64,000 bases of DNA from an uncultured Chloroflexia bacterium (GTDB lineage Bacteria > Chloroflexota > Limnocylindria > Limnocylindrales > CSP1-4), in NCBI GenBank assembly GCA_963697275.1, contig CAVONF010000006.1, forward strand, positions 20,802-84,801, given 5' to 3'. Under the pieces are notes generated by a model. That model did not search any database. It was not told the DNA's origin and saw only the letters and a program-made list of their open reading frames with translations. Positions 44,166-51,333 of the stretch are shown one piece after another (the first letter of the stretch is position 1; each line of letters starts with the position of its first letter). Position numbers and translations under genes: made by a program.

Positions 44166-45754
44166 GCCGCACCCTCCGTCGGTCTCCGCCGCCACTCGGC
44201 CGCGGCCGCCGGTGGCCATGAGCAGGCCGATGGCCTCCTTGTTGGCGCTGCGGCCATCCACGATCTGGACGATGCGTCCGCGATACATCACCCCGATGCG
44301 ATCGGAGAGCTCGAGGATCTCGTCGAGTTCCGCCGAGACGAGCAGCACGGCCGTGCCGGCGTCGCGCTTCTTGATGATCTCGTTGTGGATGAACTCGATG
44401 CTGCCCACGTCGAGGCCGCGGGTGGGCTGGTCGAGGACGAGCAGCTTGAGCTCGCGGCCGAACTCACGGGCCACGATGAGCTTCTGCTGGTTGCCGCCGG
44501 ACAGCGTCCCGGCGGTCACGGTGGCGGACGGCGTGCGCACGTCGAACTGCTCGATGGCCTCCGTGGCGCGCTGCATGATGGCGGTCTCGTCGCGCACGAT
44601 GCCCCGCGAGAACGGCTCCGCGTAGTAGTCGGTGAGGATGAGGTTGTCCGAAAGGGGAAGGAGAGCACCAGGCCGAAGCGGTGCCGGTCGGCGGGCACGA
44701 GCGAGATGTCCTTCTCGTGCATCGCCCGAGTGCCGAGCGCGGTGACGTCCTCACCGTCGAGGACGATCGCTCCACCGCTCGGCTGGCGCAGGCCCGTGAT
44801 CGCCTCCACCAGCTCATCCTGCCCGTTGCCGGCCACGCCGGCGATGCCCAGGATCTCGCCCCTGCGCACCTCGAAGCTGACGCCGTTGACGGTCTGCCGG
44901 CCGCGGTCGTTGGACACGGTCAGATCGCTGACCTCGAGCATGACCTCGGTCGGGTGGCTCTCGCCGCGATCCACGGTCAGCTGGACCTCGCGACCGACCA
45001 TCAGCTCGGCCAGGTCCTCTTCGTTCGTCTCGCTGGGGATGCGGCTGCCCACCACCTTGCCCCGACGGATGACCGTGATGCGATCGGCGATCTCGAGGAC
45101 CTCGTAGAGCTTGTGGCTGATGAAGATGATGCTGTGGCCCTCGGCCGCCAGCCGACGCAGGACCCCGAAGATCTCGACGGTCTCCTGGGGCGTCAGGACG
45201 GCCGTCGGCTCGTCGAGCACGAGGATGCGGGCCTCCCGATAGAGCGCCTTGAGGATCTCGACGCGCTGCTGCCAGCCCACCGAGAGTTCGCCCACCTTCT
45301 GGTCGGGATCGAGTTCGAAGCCGAAGCGCTCGCCGAGCTCGCGGATCCGCCTGCGGGCCTCAACGCGGTCAAGGAAGAGACGGTCGCGCATCACCTCCTT
45401 GCCCAGGAGGATGTTGTCGGCCACCGTCAGCACCGGTACCAGCATGAAGTGCTGGTGGACCATGCTGATGCCACGATCGATGGCGTCGGAGGGCCCGGCG
45501 ATGTCGATGACCTCGCCGTCGAGCAGGATCTCTCCCGCGTCCGGCACGGCCAGGCCGTAGAGGACGTTCATGAGCGTCGTCTTGCCAGCGCCGTTCTCGC
45601 CCAGGAGCGCATGGATCTCGCCGGGCTTGACCTCCAGGTCGATGCTGTCGTTGGCGACGACGCCCGGGTAGGTCTTGGTGATGCCGCGCATCTCGAGGGC
45701 AGGGGCGGCGATGCGCTCGCCCTGGATGCTGGCGCCCGGTGCGGTCATGTCCAC
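44162..45754 (-). CDS. BMP-type ABC transporter ATP-binding protein (duplicated ATPase); frame break near 44655, and probably another near the 3' end
   Basis: - First half: LLGENGAGKTTLMNVL, LSVGWQQRVEILKAL, ILVLDEPT.
- Second half: GIAGVAGNGQDEL, then after the break LSGGNQQKLIVAREF, LLVLDQPTRGLD.
- As written, the frame runs without a stop into the next permease. Confidence 0.88.
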
Positions 45755-45852
45755 ACGACCCCCTCGCTCGTGGGCCGAATGATAGCGAACGGGCCGGCCC
45801 TCAGGGCCGGCCCGTTCGACATGGACTCAGCTGCAGACAGCGCGTGTGCCGC

Positions 45853-46974
45853 CTACGGCAGGATCACCTTGCAGAAACCGGTGGGCTCCACGGCCTCGCA
45901 GGGCTGGATGGAGCCGTCGGCCAGGCCGGCCTCGGCGGCAGCAAGCGCCTCGCGGGTCTCGTCGGTGATGAGCTCCTCGAACTCGTAGAACGGGGAGATG
46001 CCCACCGAACCATCACTGATGTCGAAGTACAGGATGCCACCCTCGTCGCTGCCATCGGCGATGCGCTGGATGGCATTGGCGACGGTGGTCTCCAGCTTCT
46101 TCTCGGCGCTGGTGACGGTGCAGGCGGCGGTTTCCGGGGCGGAGAGGTACTGGTCCACGTCTACGCCGATGGCGTAGATGCCCGCGTCGCAGGCGGCCTG
46201 GAGCACGCCGTTGCCGGTCTTGCCGGCGACCTGGAACATGACGTCGATCTCGGGGTCCTGGGCCAGCAGCTGCTGCGCGATGGCCTGGCCACCGGCCGGG
46301 TCGTTGAAGGCCGCAGTGTCAGGGGCGCCGGACACGTAGGTCACCACGACCGTCGCGTCAGGGTTCACCGACCAGGCGCCGTTGGCGTAGCCCTCGATGT
46401 AGTTGGGGACCGCCGGGACGACGTTCGTGCCACCGACGGCCGCGATGTGGCCGGTCTCGCTGATGGATGCGGCCACGATGCCGGCCAGGTAGCCGGGCTG
46501 CTGCTCGCGCCAGTTCAGACCCTGCAGGTTCGGCAGCAGCTCCGCCGGGTTGCCGGCGCAGGCGAACGTGTCGTCCGGGTCGCCCTCCTCGTTGATGCAG
46601 GGGGCCTGGTCGACGCCGATGAACCTGATGTCCGGGTTGGCCTTGGCGGCGACGATGGTGTCACCACCGGCCGCGAAGCCGACGGTCACGATGACGTCGT
46701 ACTGCTGGTCCACGAAGGCCTGGATGTTGGGCCCGATGTCGGCCGAGGTCTGGCTGATGGCGAACTGCGGGGCCGGTGCGCCGATGGCCTCGGCCCCTGC
46801 GAGCGTGCCTTCCCAGGAGTACTGGTTGAAGTTGCGGTCATCGATGGTGCCGACGTCGGTGACCAGGCCGATCTTGATATCGGCTCCATCCTGGGCCGCG
46901 ACCGCGACGGCCCCGGTGAAGAGCCCGGTCGCGGCGATGGTCAGCGCCAGCGATGCGGTGGTGAACCTGCGCAT
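45853..46974 (-). CDS. BMP-family ABC transporter substrate-binding lipoprotein (second copy)
   Basis: The ATG at 46974 is preceded by AGAGGAGG. Signal MRRFTTASLALTIAATGLFTGAVAVAAQ, then IGLVTDVGTIDDRNFNQYSWEG...FQVAGKTGNGVLQAACDAGIYAIGVDVDQ. Confidence 0.9.
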   Translation of the reverse strand: MRRFTTASLALTIAATGLFTGAVAVAAQDGADIKIGLVTDVGTIDDRNFNQYSWEGTLAGAEAIGAPAPQFAISQTSADIGPNIQAFVDQQYDVIVTVGFAAGGDTIVAAKANPDIRFIGVDQAPCINEEGDPDDTFACAGNPAELLPNLQGLNWREQQPGYLAGIVAASISETGHIAAVGGTNVVPAVPNYIEGYANGAWSVNPDATVVVTYVSGAPDTAAFNDPAGGQAIAQQLLAQDPEIDVMFQVAGKTGNGVLQAACDAGIYAIGVDVDQYLSAPETAACTVTSAEKKLETTVANAIQRIADGSDEGGILYFDISDGSVGISPFYEFEELITDETREALAAAEAGLADGSIQPCEAVEPTGFCKVILP

Positions 46975-47160
46975 GCATTCCTCCTCTGCGCCGGGCCGGC
47001 GCAAGGGCCCCCGCCCGGTCGGATACAACCGTCCAGTGCCACTCCGTGGACGGGCACTGCACGCATCGTAGCGGGTTCGCTCGACCCGCGGAAGCCGAAC
47101 GCCACCGCCAACTCGACATGGCGTCGCCCCGCTGACACGCCACCGCGGCGGGGTGCCCAC

Positions 47161-47493
47161 TCACGGCAGTGCGGCGATGATCCTTTCCAGGTCACGTCGG
47201 TTGACGACGCGTTCCACGAAGACGGTCCCTCGATCGACCGGCTCACCGCGGACTCGTGCCAGCTGCCGCACCTCTGCAGCGTCAAGCGGGCGGTACAGCA
47301 CGCGCCACTCGCCGACGCGCAACCGAAGCCACGGCGAGCGACTGGCGAGCGCCTTCACGTCAAGGTCAGGCGTAGGAGGTGTCCTCCCGATGGCCTCGAG
47401 TGATCGGACGATGGCACTGGCACGCCTGGCGTCAGCCCGGGCGAGACGTCTGAGGTCCGCGACCGCGCGGGGCGAGAGCGCCGGTTGGCTCAG
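47161..47493 (-). CDS. RelE/ParE-family type II toxin (start codon unresolved)
   Basis: The C-terminal part LRLRVGEWRVLYRPL...VFVERVVNRRDL matches the RelE/ParE core. The frame is open upstream to the antitoxin stop ([35 protein letters not shown]), but the only start codon visible there is CTG. Confidence 0.75.
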   Translation of the reverse strand: MSQPALSPRAVADLRRLARADARRASAIVRSLEAIGRTPPTPDLDVKALASRSPWLRLRVGEWRVLYRPLDAAEVRQLARVRGEPVDRGTVFVERVVNRRDLERIIAALP

Positions 47494-47738
47494 AGTCCAA
47501 GCTCCCTGGCAACGTCGGCGAGGTCGCTCGTGCGTTCCTCCATGACCTCCCGCGCGACGTCGGTATCGGACGGCACCAGAGCCCCCAGCGCCAGGTCGAG
47601 CAACTCCTCCTCGTCGATGGGAACCAGCGCGGCGACGGGCCGACCATTGGACGTCACAAGGATCTTGCGCCGATCGCGCTCGACCTCGCGCAGCACCTCT
47701 CCAGTCCGGTGTGCCAGATCTCGGACGGTTACCGTCAT
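47490..47738 (-). CDS. Phd/YefM-family antitoxin
   Basis: The ATG at 47738 follows GGAG. The sequence reads MTVTVRDLAHRTGEVLREVERDRRKILVTSNGRPVAALVPIDEEE. Its stop overlaps the toxin frame. Confidence 0.8.
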   Translation of the reverse strand: MTVTVRDLAHRTGEVLREVERDRRKILVTSNGRPVAALVPIDEEELLDLALGALVPSDTDVAREVMEERTSDLADVARELGL

Positions 47739-47765
47739 CGTAGCTCCGCTCTCTGCTCCATTGCC

Positions 47766-47787
47766 ATGTGAGACGATCGTCTCACAT
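47766..47787. promoter_or_regulatory. perfect 22-bp palindrome, candidate TA operator
   Basis: ATGTGAGACGATCGTCTCACAT equals its own reverse complement. It sits 28 nt upstream of the Phd start, in the divergent promoter gap. Confidence 0.7.
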
Positions 47788-47835
47788 TCATGCCGTGAGC
47801 GCCACCATGGGTGTGCGTCACGCGACCTGCCGACG

Positions 47836-47852
47836 ATGTATGATCCATACAT
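47836..47852. promoter_or_regulatory. second inverted repeat, candidate operator of the RHH-VapC pair
   Basis: ATGTATG-ATC-CATACAT lies immediately upstream of the GTG at 47854. Confidence 0.5.
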
Positions 47853-47853
47853 C

Positions 47854-48138
47854 GTGAAGCGGACACAGATCTACCTCCACGAGGAGCAGGCCAACGAGCT
47901 GACGCGACGCTCTCAGGCCCGGGGCGTGACGGCGTCCAACCTCATCAGGGAAGCTGTCGAGCAATACCTCGCCGGCCCGGACGATGAGACGACCGAACTG
48001 GCTCGCCAGCGGGCCTTGCTGCGTGAGGCGTTCGGCGTGCTACCCCAGCTTCCGGATGGGAGGACGTTCGTCGAGCAAGCCCGCCGCGACGAAGCCACGA
48101 GGGCGGAGGAGCTGGAGTCTCGATGGCGCGGCCGCTGA
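47854..48138 (+). CDS. vapB: ribbon-helix-helix (CopG/VapB-like) antitoxin
   Basis: The sequence reads KRTQIYLHEEQANELTRRSQARGVTASNLIREAVEQYL. An in-frame ATG at 47836 is an alternative start. The 3' end overlaps vapC. Confidence 0.75.
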   Translation: MKRTQIYLHEEQANELTRRSQARGVTASNLIREAVEQYLAGPDDETTELARQRALLREAFGVLPQLPDGRTFVEQARRDEATRAEELESRWRGR

Positions 48139-48557
48139 CGGTCGTCGACACGACGGTGATCATCGATATCCTGCGGGGCTTCCAGCCGGCCATCGAGTGG
48201 GTCGAATCGATCGAGCGGCGATTCGTCGCCTCGGAGGTCACCCGGATCGAGGTCCTGCAGGGCCTACGGAGTCACGAGCGCGGGGCCGCGGAGCGCGCCT
48301 TCGCGGCACTCCGGTGGATCGCTGTGGACGAGTCGATCGCCAGGCGCGCTGGGGAGCTTGGACGGCGGTGGCGACGGAGCCACCGTTCCCTGAGCCTCGC
48401 CGACCTGGTCATCGGCTCGACGGCCATCGAGTTCGGGGCGGAGCTGGCGACCAGCAACGTGCGCCACTACCCGATGCTCCCGAACCTCCGGCCCCCGTAC
48501 GCCGAGGCCACCGGAGCAGCCGACACGAGGCAAGGAGAGCGGCGTCCCCTCGGCTAG
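48123..48557 (+). CDS. vapC: PIN-domain ribonuclease toxin
   Basis: The sequence reads LTVVDTTVIIDILRG ... SEVTRIEVLQG ... SLADLVIGSTAIEFGAELATSNVRHY, with acidic residues at the PIN positions. Confidence 0.85.
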   Translation: MARPLTVVDTTVIIDILRGFQPAIEWVESIERRFVASEVTRIEVLQGLRSHERGAAERAFAALRWIAVDESIARRAGELGRRWRRSHRSLSLADLVIGSTAIEFGAELATSNVRHYPMLPNLRPPYAEATGAADTRQGERRPLG

Positions 48558-48680
48558 CAGCTGCGCAAGGGGAACGTCGGCACGACGGCCCCGAACACCC
48601 CACCGGACCCCTGGGTGCCCCTCGGCCGTGGCTATCATCAAGCGAGGACAGGCCGGGGGCTGGACAAGCAGAGGACGACG

Positions 48681-49409
48681 GTGAACGGACGCGACGATCT
48701 ACCGGAATGGGAGCTCCTGCTCCGTGCTGCCGCGCGGTTGCAGCGCATCCTTCCCGACGCGACGCTCGTCGGCGGTACTGCGGCGGCGCTCGAAGCCGGC
48801 CACCGGCGTTCGGCCGATGCGGATCACGTACTTCCTGGGCTGGCTGGCCGCTTCGACGATGTGCTCGCGCAGCTGGAAGCCGCTGCCGGCTGGCAGACCG
48901 GTCGTCGACAGCGGCCGGTCGTCATCAGCGGCCGGCTCGACGGGATCATGACGACGGTCCGCCAGCAGCGACGGTCCGCGCCGCTGGAGACCCGCGAGAT
49001 CGATACGGTGGCTGGACCCTTGCGCCTACCCACTGCTGCCGAGATCCTGCGCATCAAGGCATGGCTCATCGTGGACCGGAATGCGACGCGTGACTTCCTC
49101 GATGTGGCGGCGATCTCGGAGGTGCTCGGCCTCGAGCAGTCCGCCAGGGCGCTTGCGCCGCTCGACGAGCTCTACCCGCAGGGGGGCGACAGCGGCGCTG
49201 TGCGTCAGCAGCTCATGCGGCAGCTGGCCAAGCCTCGCCCCTTCGACCTCGATGACGTCCAACCTCGCATGGCCGACTACAAGGGCATCGCGCCTCGCTG
49301 GCGCTCCTGGTCGGCCGTCGTCAAGCGATGCCAGGCGCTGGGAGTCGAGCTAGCGGAGGCGGTCGCCAACCGTCGGCAAGGCTGGACCGACGTGGGTCCC
49401 GCCCGATGA
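48681..49409 (+). CDS. AbiEii/AbiGii-like nucleotidyltransferase (type IV TA toxin family)
   Basis: LVGGTAAALEAGHRRSADADHVL resembles the GGTA...R.S.D.D NTase motif of AbiEii/DUF1814. The GTG at 48681 is in frame with ORF 48615..49409. Confidence 0.55.
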   Translation: MNGRDDLPEWELLLRAAARLQRILPDATLVGGTAAALEAGHRRSADADHVLPGLAGRFDDVLAQLEAAAGWQTGRRQRPVVISGRLDGIMTTVRQQRRSAPLETREIDTVAGPLRLPTAAEILRIKAWLIVDRNATRDFLDVAAISEVLGLEQSARALAPLDELYPQGGDSGAVRQQLMRQLAKPRPFDLDDVQPRMADYKGIAPRWRSWSAVVKRCQALGVELAEAVANRRQGWTDVGPAR

Positions 49410-49702
49410 TTCACCGCCATCTCACGCACCGGCGACTGACGCTCGCGGCGCTGGATGATCTGCTCGAGAACGGCACCCTCGCGGACTGGCGACCGGTGCT
49501 GGCACGGGTGCGTCGGGACCCCGACGGTGAGGTCGCGCAGCGCATCCTGGCTCTCACCCGGCGCCGTGACTACCAGGAGACCGGCGCCCTGTGGCGAGCG
49601 TTCATCAGGAAGGCACGCGCTGACCGCTCGCGCCGCACCGGACCCACGTCCGGGTCCGGCCCCGTCGCGGTGCCCCGGGCCGCGCCCCGTCGCCGCTTCT
49701 GA
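49406..49702 (+). CDS. small hypothetical protein translationally coupled to the AbiEii-like gene
   Basis: ATGA overlap at 49406-49409. 98 aa, reading MIHRHLTHRRLTLAALDDLLENGTLADWRPVLARVRRDPDGEVAQRILAL..., with a basic disordered tail. No family recognised. Confidence 0.45.
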   Translation: MIHRHLTHRRLTLAALDDLLENGTLADWRPVLARVRRDPDGEVAQRILALTRRRDYQETGALWRAFIRKARADRSRRTGPTSGSGPVAVPRAAPRRRF

Positions 49703-49775
49703 CCTCCAGCGTCAGTACCGACCGCCGAAGGCCCCGTCGCGGTGCCCCGCGCCGCACCTCCCCGCATCGCGCCGT

Positions 49776-50897
49776 TCAGCAGTGCTCGCGCGCGGCGGCC
49801 TTCCCCAGTGCCGAATACGGGCACGCCGCCATCTCCATCAGGTACAGCACGGCCCGGTAGTTGCGCCTGGTCTCGCGGCCGATGATCTCGTCGGGCGGAT
49901 AGTGCCGCTCCCGCAGGCTCCCGCCCCGCGGGTAGAGCTCGAAGGTGAACGAGAAGACGCCGTGTCGGGCGTACATCCAGTCGATCATGTCTCCGTCGGT
50001 CCGGTACAGCGAGCTCGACTGCATGGCCCGGTAGCCGTTCGTGGCTGCCATCGCCCGGCCCATGGCCTGGAAGGTGCGCTGGTCGAGCCTGCTCATCCCG
50101 GGCCCCAGGTCCTCGAGGGTGTAGCCGTAGGGCCAGAGCACCAGCTCGCCCGCCGTGTGGAAGGTGATGTGCGTGCGGATGCGCTGCCGCCCGTCCACGA
50201 CCCGGCTGTTGACGAAGTCGCGGATGGCCCGGACCTCCCGGGCCGACCAGGGCCGCGGGCCGTGGTAGTACGGGCTGGCCGGATCCCCTGACGAGCCCCC
50301 GCAGCACCCGAACCGGTAGCCGTAGTTGCGGTTGAGGTCGACGCCGAATTCGCTGGGCCCCGACCCCGACCCCGACCCCGATCCCGGGCCCGGCAGCGGC
50401 TGGCGGTTCTTGCGCCAGGAGCGGTAGGGTGACCCGCCCAGGTCGTACTCGAGCCCGTCGGGGTTGACCATGAAGATGATCCAGGTGCGACGCTCGTTGA
50501 CGAGTCGGGTGACCTGCCGGCCGACCCGGGAGTCCTGGCCGTAGCGACCCGCCAGCAGGGTCAGGATCGAGATGGCCATCTCCGCGCTGAGGTGCTCGCG
50601 CGCGTGGTGCAGCCCATCGAAGAGGACCTCCGGCTCGCCCTCGTCCAGGCCCGGGTTGTCGCTGACCTCTGCCACGAGTAGCTCGCGGCCCTCGTGGCTC
50701 TTGCCGATGGAGAAGACGCGGACGATGTGGGGATACGCCGCCGCGACGCCCCTCACGTACGCCACCATCTCGGCGTACGAGTGATAGCCGGCGTCCCTGG
50801 GCGGATAGCCGGCCGCGCGCGAGTCAGCGGCCCGCGCACCACCTACCGGGGCGACCGCCGATACGAGGGCCATCAGGAGGGCGGCGACGTGTCGCAT
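49776..50897 (-). CDS. secreted M14-family zinc carboxypeptidase
   Basis: - The ATG at 50897 opens the signal MRHVAALLMALVSAVAPVGGARA.
- Motifs: FDGLHHAREHLSAEM (HxxE zinc motif), MVNPDGLEYD, WRKNR, DLNRNY, and a later FHTAGELVLWPYGY.
- [13 protein letters not shown] insert is encoded by a 6-nt microsatellite at about 50358-50390. Confidence 0.88.
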   Translation of the reverse strand: MRHVAALLMALVSAVAPVGGARAADSRAAGYPPRDAGYHSYAEMVAYVRGVAAAYPHIVRVFSIGKSHEGRELLVAEVSDNPGLDEGEPEVLFDGLHHAREHLSAEMAISILTLLAGRYGQDSRVGRQVTRLVNERRTWIIFMVNPDGLEYDLGGSPYRSWRKNRQPLPGPGSGSGSGSGPSEFGVDLNRNYGYRFGCCGGSSGDPASPYYHGPRPWSAREVRAIRDFVNSRVVDGRQRIRTHITFHTAGELVLWPYGYTLEDLGPGMSRLDQRTFQAMGRAMAATNGYRAMQSSSLYRTDGDMIDWMYARHGVFSFTFELYPRGGSLRERHYPPDEIIGRETRRNYRAVLYLMEMAACPYSALGKAAAREHC

Positions 50898-51333
50898 GGT
50901 CCCGGATGCTAGGGCCTGGGCGGGCGCGAGTGTCGCCCGACTCGCACGCCTGTGCGACCGGCTTCGCTGACCGCTCCGCCCCGGACAGGCATGTACCGCT
51001 CCTGACCGAGCAGGTGTGCCGAGTTGTCGCCTCTCGATGGCAGCAGCGGACATGTGTGGGGCCCGGTGAGGTCCGTTGCGCAGACGTGCAGTAAAGTGCT
51101 GGGAGTCACTAAGGATTTGTTGCCCTAGGTCACCACGTCTGACCCGAAGTACTGGGTTCCCCTTGCGGAGGTCCTGGGTACTGGACCAGACTTGACGTTC
51201 GCGATCGGCCTGTGCCGAGCCATGACAGTACGGATCGCGGACGGCTCCTTCGAGGAGAAGACAAGGAGCGAACTCATCCGGTCCAGGGGGTTGGCAGTCA
51301 GGACTGGCCCCGGTCCGCAAAGGAGAGGCAATC

